Below, in pieces: positions 37,420 to 48,384 of a stretch of 64,000 nt of DNA. Made by a program: the position numbers and the translations under genes. Source of the stretch: Podarcis gaigeae. Its lineage: Eukaryota. The stretch's first letter is position 1, and every line of letters begins with the position of its first letter. The stretch lies in assembly GCA_964106915.2 (NCBI GenBank), contig OZ066915.1. One strand, 5' to 3'. The notes under the pieces were generated by a model. The model was given only the letters and a program-made list of their open reading frames with translations. It ran no database searches and was not told the origin of the DNA.

Positions 37420-38601
37420 TTCTAATAAATCAAAAATGAGGCAGATCCCAAAAACCTGCCCCCACCCCCAGTTAGACTACCAATACCAATGACAGCTCAA
37501 ATTGCATCCTCTTGCACAAGACATATTTTGCCATGCAAGGCCCAAACAAATTATTAGGTGCGACTTTTGAAATGTTAATGAGCTAGCTCAGTCATTGTCA
37601 ATGCTCCCAGCGAGTCTGGAAGTTGAACAATGGGAGACAGAACCATCCTTCCTGACCCCAGTAGGAAGCCTGCATCTACTGAGGTTTCCCTCAACCCCTT
37701 TAAACAACTAAAGAAATGCCTGAGAAAATATTGATTATAATGTGCAAGTTTTTTGCACACATCATCATAAGCAGCAGGGCACAATTTGTATCAACAGTTT
37801 TCCCCTGGGAGATTCCTTCCACATACTGGGTGGCTCACCTAGAGATTTGCATTTGGAAAGCACAATACTAGGTTGGAATTGTAAGAAGCATGTGCATACA
37901 TATGCTATATCATAAGATTCATCACCATCAGATATTTAAAACCTTCTAACAGCTTGCAGAACTATAACAAATGTTGCTCAAAGGCATTATTTGGGTTCTA
38001 AGAAAATCCTTGGGAAAAAAATTCAGGGGGTTTATCTTTCACGGGAAGGGCCAAATAAAGGGACAACTTCCTGTCTATGCGCTCTTGTGCAATACCATCA
38101 TTACAGCAATGAATACTGCTAGGAACTGGCTCCCTGAAGCAACAAATGGGAAAACCCCAAGCCAGAAACTGGCTTGCAGTTTGCTCCATGTCCTCACATG
38201 CAACAAACACGTTGGGCGAAAGGGTGTGGGAGATTGATGTGTTAAGGCCGCAAAAGGAGATGTTCTTTGAGCTTACCACATGCAAATACTTATAACTGGA
38301 AAACTGCTAGTCCTATTCTGACTACCTGCACAGATCTGTTACTGTCCCTTGGTCCCACTACCAGCTTAAGCTCTTGCCAGTAAACTGCTACATTGATATC
38401 CATGGCTCCCAATTTATTTGTTCTCTCTAGCCCCTGGTCTGCCAATGCATCAACACTGCTATTGTAATCTAACCCACCACCGCACTGCAAGCTCCCACAG
38501 AACCAATTTCATCAGATGCATGAAGCGCTCAACAATGTGGGTAGGATACCTTAATTATACCTAGACAGCAGGTAAAAGAAGGGGGGGAATTGTGTAAGCT
38601 G

Positions 38602-38954
38602 TTCCAGAAGGGCAGCTATGAAAATGTCTTGCAACAAGACAACAGAATCCTGCAGCATCTTTAAAGGCCAATGAATTTATTCTGACATCCAGCTTTTGTG
38701 CTTCAGAGCCCACTCCAAGTTTGGCAGAAGCTAGAATCCAACAAGCACCTGGCCTGCAAAGAAGAAGGTTCGCCATCCCTGGACTAGCGGAAATATTGTT
38801 ATGTGGCATCATCCATTCAGGTGATGACATCTTGCATCTGATGAAGTGGGTGCTGACACACACACAAAAGTTTATGCCACAGTAAAGTCACTAGTTCTTG
38901 AGGTGCCACACATGACTCTTTGATGTGTTTGCAGAAACAAAACAAACCTCTGAA
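38602..38954. mobile_element. Penelope-like retroelement relic: inverted pseudo-LTR pair with decayed hammerhead motif
   Basis: Plus copy ~38833-38954 (gcatCTGATGAagtggg...aaagtttatgcc...ctagttcttgaggtgccaca...ctctgaa) and an inverted copy ~38602-38714; matches the recalled reptile Penelope terminal repeat. Confidence 0.7.
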
Positions 38955-39714
38955 GTTTCATCTGTTCTACAGTCTCTCCTATAGACTAAAGCAATCTACT
39001 CGGCATGTAAGAATAGGCTTTTCAGTGCTCTGAGAATTGCTCCAGCAACTGGGTATGTAATAGTGGAGATAAAGAATGCTATTGTCTTCACCCGCTGCAT
39101 AGACATGAGCATCAACACTTCCTTCTCAACTGAAGCTGGAAATACAGAGTAGTTACCTTAAACCTGCTATGTTCTGACCGTGATTTAATGGGAGCGGCCC
39201 TTTCACAGTAGACTTTGCAATGAGCAAATATCTTCCACGCGGAGGCCAGGCCTTTGGAATCTGGGTTGTTAGTTCTGGTTATGCCCACGAATCTCTCATG
39301 AAGCTGTGCCAGCTCTTGAGGCCCTTTGCCTCAAAGGTACGGATTAAGTAGTATAGTGAGTTTCACAACCACCACAGGGCTCTGCTGTTTTTCTAAGCTC
39401 AAGGGAAACTACCCAGTTTATAAATCAAGGAAGACTGCAAGAATGGGCCACCAGTGTTGAACAATGCCAGCATTATGGAATACCAAGACAAATCTGCTTA
39501 ACAACAATAGTCCTAAAATGGAGGTTGTGGGCTGGGTAAGCTCTTAGTTCAGCAGGATGGAGTAGGAGGGGGTATGATAGTTCTCTGAAGGTTTTGTTAA
39601 TAGTAAGGCCTGAGTCTTGAACCCTTCAAAACAGAGTTCTTCTCACTTAAGAAGCAGAAGCTGAATTTTGAAGCCCTCAGAGGGTCTTCTGCAGACCCTG
39701 TGAAAGTGATGTAG

Positions 39715-39935
39715 TGTCTAACTAACTTGCTCTGTCACTGCAAAGATTTCTGCACAATCATTAAAACTTCCCCCCTTCTCCTTGCCCTGCACACACCCCG
39801 TGCCCTCCCCAAATCTGCTCCAGAGAGTTGGGGAAATCCCCAGAACATATTTAGGGGACATGTACAGGAGGAGCAAATGGGAGGGATTTCCACTGCACAA
39901 GTTGAAATCCTTGCAGTGACGGAATGAGTTAGTTG
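39715..39935. mobile_element. Palindromic MITE-like repeat (CAAATCTGCTCC family)
   Basis: taactaact...cactgcaaagatttc / gaaatccttgcagtgac...agttagttg inverted ends; central ccccaaatctgctc / gaacatatttagggg. Confidence 0.65.
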
Positions 39936-40189
39936 TCTACTGCCCCATGTTCTTAAGTGTTTTGCTTCAAAAACAATAGCTACGTAAATCACACAACAGT
40001 TCTGATGACAAAAAAGCTGGTAGAAGCCTCTAACTGTGGATTTCTTGGGATAGTTGGTCTGGAAACAGTTTTAATACTTGAGGCACACATTCATGGTCAG
40101 CTAACATGCATTAGTGATCATTCTAATACCTTTCAATTGGTCTATGACACTTACAATCTTGGTGTGGAATTCAACATCTTGAATGCTCT

Positions 40190-40400
40190 TCCAATCATTC
40201 CACTTGCACAAAAATTTCAGTATCCCAGAAGGAACAACCTCCCCTCTCCTCACTCCATGTGCTGCTCAGGGGGTTCTCCCAACACCCCCCTGAGTCAATC
40301 TGGGGGGCACAGATGGGGGGTGGAAGACATGTTGCACAAGTGGAAATCCTTACACAGGGTTTCTATTTATGGGACTTGGCTAGGTGAATTCCATCCCATC
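40190..40400. mobile_element. Degraded copy of the same palindromic repeat
   Basis: ttccacttgcacaa / ttgcacaagtggaa inverted pair; similar to 39715-39935. Confidence 0.45.
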
Positions 40401-41314
40401 CCTGGTTACTGAGGAGTTGTAAAAAATTGTGGATTTTCCATTGGGGGTTCTAATCTGTATGAGTGATTATGATCTTAAGTCCTGGCTGGGGTGGTAGTTT
40501 TTCTGATTAAATAGTAGGGGATATAAAAAAGGTGATTTGGTATATGTTGTACTGGGAAAACTGAACCAGAACTCAAAATACAAAAGTGAGTTCGCTTAGA
40601 GAAGGACCCCTCTCTCCCCAGCTACAGTCTTTGGTCACTGGCACATGTTTAATTTGTCCAGCTGGCCATTTGGAACCAGTAAAAGGTCTTTAACAAGCTC
40701 CTGTGAACAGTGAGAAGCATAGACAGGAATGTCAACTCAGGACAAAAAACTCCTCCTGCGCAATTCATTCCATCTCTGAAATAGTCTAACTTAGTGGCAC
40801 CTCCAAGCTAGATGTGTAAAGTTATGGCAGACTGAGGGGGAGGGGGGTGCGGGGAGAGAGAAGGAAAAGGTGTAAGAGATAATTGCTCATCTCTTAGAGA
40901 TATGCACATCAACCCAGCCAAGGTGTTAAGCACACAGCTTCAGATTTCCTTGCTGGATCAAGAACTTCACAAACAGAATGAATCCAGATACACATCTGTA
41001 CTGCAATGCTTATAAGATGTAAGAAATCCATTATGGGTTCCCCATTTGTATTACAGTGCAGGTGGAAGCATGTCTTTCCATCTGTACTTCAATGTGGATG
41101 GGAATGTACATCTCCAGCTACTTTCTCAGTGAATGTGTACATGATTGCACAGGAGTGCATCTTAACTAGGGATATGGTCTGTATTGTAGTTTCTAACTCT
41201 GAGTTTTCCGTCAGCCAAATTAATGATTTCCCAGGCATGGTACAAGAAAAATGGATGTTCAGAGTATTGTGAGAAGTTTCCTCTTATTATATATCAGGCA
41301 ATAAACCAACCCTA

Positions 41315-41658
41315 GGTGGGTGGCGCTGTGGTCTAAACCACAGAGCCTAGGGCTTGCCGATGAGAAGGTCGGTGGTTCGAATCCCCGTGACGGGGTGAGC
41401 TCCCGTTGTTCGGTCCCAGCTCCTGCCCACCTAGCAGTTCGAAAGCACATCAAAGTGCAAGTAAATAGGTGGCAGGAAGGTAAACGGCATTTCCGTGTAT
41501 TGCTCTGGTTCGCCAAAAGCAGCTTAGTCATACTGGGCACATGACCCAGAAGCTGTATGTGGACAAAGCCGGCTCCCTTGGCTTATAGCATGAGATGAGC
41601 GCACAACTCCAGAGTCGTCCGCAACTGGACCTAACAGTCAGGGGTACCTTTACCTTTA
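41315..41658 (+). mobile_element. Sauria SINE (Squam1), near full length
   Basis: tRNA-like head with A-box tggcgctgtggt and B-box ggttcgaatcc; body ccagctcctgcccacctagcagttcgaaagca; BovB-type tail caggggtACCTTTACCTTT. Confidence 0.92.
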
Positions 41659-43621
41659 GGCACACAGGGGTCTCCACTAAGTTTCTTGTGCTCCATTTGT
41701 CATCCCCCACTGCCAAAGAGAGCAGCGTCTTTTGCACCAAATTCATATGTACAGCAGTTTGCATCTTCCTCCAAAGCAACTGCAGAACCCTGATCAAAAC
41801 TTGGCTGACCTCTTCCTTCCCCTCTGGAGTATTGGGTTAAAACAGGCTAAAACAGGGAACACTGCTGAGAATCAGCAGCTGCCTCTGCGCATTTCAGCTG
41901 CAAAACTCTGGGTGGGAAGAGGCTTTGCTGAATGTTTAGAGCAAACACTTCTCTGCTCTTGGCATGGAATCCCATTGAGACAGGGCCAAGGAGGATGGGA
42001 ACTCCAGGCAAACTGCCTCGTAGTGCCAACACTTCCAGCACATTGGTTCAGTTTAGGACACCTGCTACACCACAGGCCAGAGGGAGGCTGCATTCTAATT
42101 GGCTGGTTGTGCATAGCGTTGCTACTATCCCATGGTGACATCTTTGCTCTGAATGCTCTCACCTCGTGACTTCTGACGCCAGTCAACTGGTGTGCCAGAG
42201 ATACACATAGACAACTCCTCTTCCTCTGACCTCATGGAACAAATGAAAAGGAGAACTGAGAGCGGGGAAGAAGAAGCAGCAAGAATGAAGTAAAGGACAA
42301 CCTATTGGGGGGCATGCAAAGAAATACCTGAAAGCACAAAACAACCCAGCAATATTTTTCCTACTGATCTGTTGAGAGATATTTAAGTGCTTAACTCTCC
42401 CACTGAACTCAGGGGGACTTAAAAGCCACTTTATGATGGCTGGATCACTCCCGTAATTGTGCAACAATCAAGCTTCAACAATTCTGGAAATCATCAAACA
42501 GGTCCTGGTTACTGTTTATGTTTTTAAGAAAACATTTTTTAAGGTATTAAATGAATGAGCAGTGAAACCATCAGCAAAATCTGCTTTCTTGGGCATATGG
42601 GTGGATTTCCCCATTACAATATGTGACAGAAAAGCACAGGTGTGTTTGTTTGTGTGTGTGAGAGAGAGACAGAGAGTGAGTGAGCGAGCATGTGTATTAT
42701 GCTTCTACTTTCTGCCATGTGTTGTCTTTGCTGGAAATGGAACACACACAAAGCTTGCTACACTTTACCGGGTAGAGATGCACAAGCTCCAGATTCCCAC
42801 AAGAGAGAAGCAGCAGCGCCAATCAGTCAGGTATCTGCTTTTATGTCATATAGCATATTGTGTGAAAAAAAGTTTAACATTCCACACGGATTAAAAAAGG
42901 AAGGAGAAAAGTTAAAATAATCACAGTGCAAAACAGGAAGCCTACATTTCCTAGTGGAAGGGTGCTTATGGGAAAGAATTGCTTCAGAGATGATGCAAAG
43001 ACAACACAGGCCCCTGGGGAGCTTGAGCTTCCTAATTATTTGTTTTGATTTTACATCACATATCTGCAAGAGATTAGTTCTTGTATTAATTCATTGTAGT
43101 AATAATTACAGGCCTCGGTCTGCATGCATCAAAATAAGTGAGTCGCTCACAGACTACATCCATCCACAGCTGCTAGCTATGTTTTCTGGGGGGGGGGACG
43201 GGGAACTCCTTTGCCTTTAACACCTGCATGACAAGTGCAAATTCAGCATGCAAAGCTGCACAGAAATACAGTAAGGGGGTGGGGATCTTCACCTGTCTGG
43301 CTTCTGCGAGCACACTTCATTTACCAACTACATAGCCTTAAGAAAGTTGATGATGAAATGTAGTTTTTCATCTACCAGCACCAATAATTGAGGTGGCCGG
43401 GACCTTTAAAATAACGCAGGACTACTATACTGCTGGCCCATCCCTTCAGTAAATATGGCTCTATCAACAGTCCTCATCTCCAAAGGAATACCTGCTTTTA
43501 TAACACTCTTGAATTCTTAAGGCATTTTACACCCAGGAAGCAATAACAGAGCATAACCCTGAAAAGAAAGCTCACTCGCCCAGTATGCATGTCACTGCAA
43601 GCCACAGTTAATGGTTTAACA

Positions 43622-43925
43622 TAGGGGTGGGGAACCTCAGGCCTGGGGGCTAAACGAAGCCCTTCAGGCATCTCCATCTATCCCTTCCAACTCTCTCCAG
43701 TCCCCCCCCAAGTGTTTCTTTCTGGCTGGAATGTGTCCTTGAACTCTGGCAATGCCTCTTGCTTTTCTAGGCAGAGAACAGAGGGGTGTGTAGAAATTAT
43801 TATACTGTAAAAGGAAAAATGTACACTCATTGCTCTGCCTGCTTTTGCTCTGGCCCCACTGACCCCTGGCACACGGCCCCCAGAAGATTACCCAGAAGGA
43901 TACGTGGCCCTTTGGCTAAAAGCAT
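43622..43925 (+). mobile_element. Old hAT-type MITE, 3' end truncated
   Basis: 5' taggggtggggaacctcaggcctggggg; 3' subterminal cggcccccagaag...gtggccct. Confidence 0.55.
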
Positions 43926-43964
43926 GAATGCAGAGATCACTCATTTCATTCCTCTCCTAGTGAG

Positions 43965-44450
43965 AGTGGCAAATCATGACCCTTGGCTTACTGCTAATCT
44001 GAACTGGGGATCATGGTTGGTTTCACTCAAACTACAATGAGGAAGCCAAGAACAAACCTTGGCTTCATATTGTAGCTTATCTGGAGTGACGCAAACTGCA
44101 ATACCCAGCTTGGATGTAGTGTCAAGTCAGGAATCGTGGTTTGTAGCTCCTGCTCTTGCTGAAGGAGCAGTGAAGCTCTCTCACCTTCTTAATTTGCTGG
44201 GTCATTGCCATATGCCAAGAAGGGGAGAGGAAAGGTAGCGGGAGCTTGGCATGGCGCAGGCACAACATGGATGTGGCATCAACTTGGCTCCACAGCACAC
44301 CGAGTTCCCACTGCCTTCCCTCTGTCTCGGTAAGTGGCAGTGACCTGGCACATTCAGAAGGTGGGAGAACAGCGCAGCCCCACTGGTTGCTAATGGCTCA
44401 TGGTAAACCATTAACTCTGGTTTGTTGTGATGTGCAGATTCAGTCAGTGT
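43965..44450. mobile_element. Degraded squamate DNA-transposon-like repeat with internal hairpin
   Basis: Recurrent AAACCA/TGGTTT and CTTGGCTT motifs; hairpin ctacaat-gaagccaag / cttggcttc-attgtag at ~44030-44077. Confidence 0.4.
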
Positions 44451-44508
44451 GCCTGAATTCACCACAAGGCACCCCTGAACTCCCCACCGGCTTGCACTCT
44501 GGGGTTTT

Positions 44509-44653
44509 CATAGAAGCATAGAATCATGCTTCTATGGAAGGAATCCTAAGGATCATGTAGTCCAACTCCCTGCCATGCAGGAATATGCAGCTGCTCCATA
44601 CAGGGATTGAACCTGCAACCGTGGCGGTATCAGCACCCATACTCTTAACCAGC
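44509..44653 (-). mobile_element. tRNA-Ile-headed SINE with CR1 tail
   Basis: Reverse strand gctggttaagagtatgggtgctGATaccgccacggttgcaggttcaatccctgtatgg is tRNA-Ile-like, followed by ctgcatggcagggagttggactacatgatcc...atgattctatg (CR1 3' end). Confidence 0.75.
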
Positions 44654-45923
44654 AGCGTTTGCTTGTTCCCTTTCTTTGTAATGCAATGAAGCGGGTGGTA
44701 TTATTTAAAAGACTGATCTCCAAAATATTAATCACTTAGCACATTTTAATCAACCACTTGCTTTAGTGAAAGGAGTGGAAAGGCATAGAAACGAAAGAAT
44801 TATTTCCACACTTCCATTTTTTTAAAAAAAATCTGCAGATGGGTGAATGCTAATCACCTTAGGTTATCATCAGTCATATTAGGTACCTTGGTATGCCTGT
44901 GACAAAATGGGTAATTCTGTACAGGAAATAAAGCCAAGGGAGTTAAGGAGAGGAAAACAGAGGAATACTAATCCAGAATAAAAGATACTCATGAAATCAG
45001 CACAAGACTGAATATAGAGGGTGGGGAGGGCATCCCTGTAGCTGGAGACATGGCCAGCACTTCTTACAAACCCTGAGCACCAGAGGGGGAATACAGGGTT
45101 AGACATTGGGATTGGGGAGGGGACCTTTTACCTCTTACAGTTGGTAGCAGACCACTGAGCTTTGAAAGCATCATATATGCCAGCCAACATTGGCAGGGAG
45201 ACAATAGGCTAAAATAAGTGCTGGCAAGAGGAGTCCCTGGATCTTCAGCAACTCAGGATTCTGAAAGCACAGGGAAGGAGAGGAGGGCAGAGTAACAACC
45301 TTTTGGCTCTCATGAATGACAATGAAAATATGTGGTGCTGCCAGCACCACCTCAGCTGCCCCATCTCCATAGGGAAGGATCTCATTGTGATGTGTGCAGG
45401 ATCTTGCTCCCGACTGCAACAAATACTCCAGAGGCCCTCCCTTTTCCAAGCAGCAGCAGCAGAAACACACAATATTCACCCGACTCTGAAGGCTGGTTTG
45501 GAAGAAGGCTCCCAAGTATAAATAATACTTTGCGGAGCTGGCAAATTCAGACTACAGTGGAAATCAGGCTGTAATCAGCAGAACAGCTGTGGATCCTTCA
45601 CATCTCGTCTGGCACCTTCCCTCCTTCCTCACAGCAAAGAAACAGCCACGCATGCTCCAAAAACTCTCCCACGGTTGCAAATAAACATCCTGGGACACTT
45701 AGGGATCCAGATGTCTTGAGAGGGAAGGCGGCAGTGCAGGGCCTGGGGAGAGCAAACGGAGCAGGTGGGAAGCGTGTGTTTGTTTACTTGTATGCAAAAG
45801 CACCACACTCCCACTGCGATTCTGCAGTTATAACCATCCTGTGACCTGATCCACACTAACGACTGACCTCTGCAGAGTCACTCATTTGATGCTAATTATT
45901 CTATGGGTAAACAGGCAGCGATT

Positions 45924-45935
45924 CCAAATATGGCG
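45924..45935 (+). promoter_or_regulatory. CArG box (SRF) overlapping YY1-type motif
   Basis: CCAAATATGG fits CC(A/T)6GG and continues as ATGGCG; forkhead motifs nearby. Motif only. Confidence 0.3.
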
Positions 45936-46475
45936 CACGGGGTTTGGGCACACGTTCTCCCGCCCTGAAAGCAAACGCCCAAGAACTCAACAAATGTGCA
46001 TCAAAAACCATTTCTCCCACATATTTGTGTTCACACTAGAGGGTGCAGTATGGGGTGTGATGGAATTTGGGCCTCACCAAGAGGGGTCTCAGTTCTGCCC
46101 AAAACAGAGCCTGACCTTCTTTTATTTCAGATGTTGACATTTCAAGGCTGAAATATGAAGACAAGTTATTTTCCTCCTCAGCTGAAATGAAACCCCCTTA
46201 GAGACCCCGTTATACAGAACTGCTTGAGCTCAAATTGACCCCTTTGCAGTGACTTAAGCAGCCTTTTACCCTGGAGTTCATGCTGGTTTCACACTACTAG
46301 TTTGTTTCAGGCATAGGTCAACTCAGGGGGAGGAGGTGGTGCTTTGGAAAGGTTCCTCTCTAGGCTACAGACTCCCTGCTGGGCAACACACTCCTGCACT
46401 GCTTGGGGCTCCTATCGTGGCTCCATTAGGCAGCAACATGTCTACTTCCATGCCACTTGTAACCTGTTATCCAGG

Positions 46476-46478
<3 letters not shown>

Positions 46479-46520
<42 letters not shown>
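46479..46520 (+). repeat. (AAT)14 microsatellite
   Basis: Read directly. Confidence 0.95.
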
Positions 46521-46521
<1 letters not shown>

Positions 46522-46924
46522 TATATTTAAAATCTCTCTATCTTTTGAAAAGCAACAAAATATTTTTGGGGGTGGGGCAGGGAATCAACATTACATCATC
46601 TATTTTAAAACAAAATGACCTGAGTCTGAATGAGATACAGCCTAACATGTTGAAGCCCACATTTGCAAGTTTCTCAAAACTGAAACATGACTATCAAACA
46701 AAATGAGTTAAAGGCCCAGATTACATCACTCGTCTTCTGAGACATTATGAAAGATACAATAATGTTGAAATCCTGAACACCCTGACCTAGAGAGTAAGTT
46801 CCGATGCAATTTGCTTCTGAATAGTAATGAAAAGAATTGCACAATAAGATTTGCATTGTGTTTATTGTTTGTGAGCTGGCCTCAGAGGTTCCAGGATCTG
46901 AATGCCATCCTATCACCAGGATCA

Positions 46925-47090
46925 TGGGAACCAGTTTGGCACAATGGTTCAAATCCCCACCCAGCCATGGACTTATGCAGTAGGTGATCTTGGGTCAGTC
47001 TGCCTAACCTGCCTCACAGAGTTGTTGTGAGGATTATGCTGCCTTGGTCTCCTGAAGGGAAAGGTAGGATATAAATGCAACAGATAAAAA
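46925..47090 (+). mobile_element. Squam3-like SINE
   Basis: B-box ggttcaaatcccc, cagccatg...ggtgatcttgggtcagtc...gcctaacctgcctcacagagttgttgtgagga...ggatataaatg. Confidence 0.7.
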
Positions 47091-47339
47091 AGAAATCATT
47101 AAGCCTAGATCACTTACCTTATATGCCTAGCTTAAGCCCTCCAATTACCTGAGTTATGCAATGTGCTCAAGTTCTCAAATGATGCATGAATATTTATGAC
47201 TCTATTAACCAAACAGCACAGACATCTACTTTCCATCTTATGGAGAAACTTCTTTTCTTTTTTCTCGGCCAATCCCTGGCACCTCCAGTTAAAAGGATCA
47301 GGCAGCAGATGTGAAGGGCCAATGCCACTCAGAGCAGGC

Positions 47340-47470
47340 CAGGTTGGGGAACCAGCCCTCCAAATGTGGTCAGCCTCCAGCTGCAATCAGCCCCAGCCAG
47401 TGCGTCAACTGGGATGATAGCAGCTGTAGTCCAGCAACATCTGCAAGGCCACACGCTTCCCACCCTTTCC
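47340..47470. mobile_element. Palindromic hAT-type MITE
   Basis: caggttggggaacc...ccctccaaatgt...gggatgat...tgtagtccagcaacatctg; interrupts a CR1-tailed SINE fragment (47270-47340, resuming ~47470-47520). Confidence 0.6.
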
Positions 47471-47683
47471 TAGATAAGGAAATTGTCTGACTTGGTATCA
47501 GGCAGCTTCCTACATTCCTAAGGGCAGAAGAAATATGTGTGTTGGGGAAATGTAACTGGAGTACATGGAGCAGTCAGTCTCTGAAGCTGGAGCCTTCTGC
47601 CTGAACATTTCCTCAAAGTTATGGTTGCATCTGCACTCTCTGCCCAAACACAGCAAGACGAGAAAAGGAAGAAGAAGAGGAGT

Positions 47684-47836
47684 TTGGATTTGATATCCCA
47701 CCTTTCACTCCCTTTAAGGAGTCTCAAAGCGGCTAACATCCTCCTTTCCCTTCCTCCCCCACAACAAACACTCTGTGAGGTGAGTGGGGCTGAGCTGAGA
47801 GACTTCAAAGAAGTGTGATTGGCCCAAGGTCACCCT
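47684..47836 (-). mobile_element. Squam3-like SINE 3' part
   Basis: ggatttgatatcccaccttt...ggagtctcaaagcggctaac...cacaacaaacactctgtgaggtgagtggggctgag...ggcccaaggtcaccc. Confidence 0.7.
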
Positions 47837-48137
47837 TGGGAAGGAAAAGTTTGGAGGCATGGTATCTTATTATTGACATAGAAAACCTAGCACTGATTCT
47901 ACTGTCCAGGTTGTGCAGATTCTAGGATGCCAGCAACACAACAGATAATTGTGGATTGCAGTGCAGACCTTGAAGCTTGGAGGCACAATGGATGTGCAAT
48001 GAATGGTAGCACAACATGAGCCACATAGATTGGTCATGTATCTCTGTCCAGATAAAATTATATGGTGTTGTACTTTTGGTCTCTCATAAGCATGGCCATT
48101 CCAAACACAAGAAACACCCCTGGCCCTCCTTATTCTC

Positions 48138-48384
48138 AGGGAAAGGGGCCATAACTCGGTGGTAGAAGCCATAGGTTCATTTCTTGGCATCTCCAGGTAC
48201 AGCTGGGAAAGACCTATGTCTGGAATGCTGAAAAGTGACTGCCGGTCAGTCTAGAGTAAATAATATTGTGATTATTGTGAGCCGCTTTGCGCTCAACAAT
48301 TGCTGGAAAAGTGGTACACAAAACATCGTATCAAATCAAGTATCAAATAATACAGACTCAGTATAAGGCAGCTTCCTATATTCT
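48138..48384 (+). mobile_element. tRNA-derived SINE with CR1-type tail, interrupted by a LINE 3' fragment
   Basis: Head ggggccataactcggtggtaga...ggcatctccaggta; tail gactcagtataaggcagcttcctatattct; unrelated insert at ~48266-48352. Confidence 0.65.
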
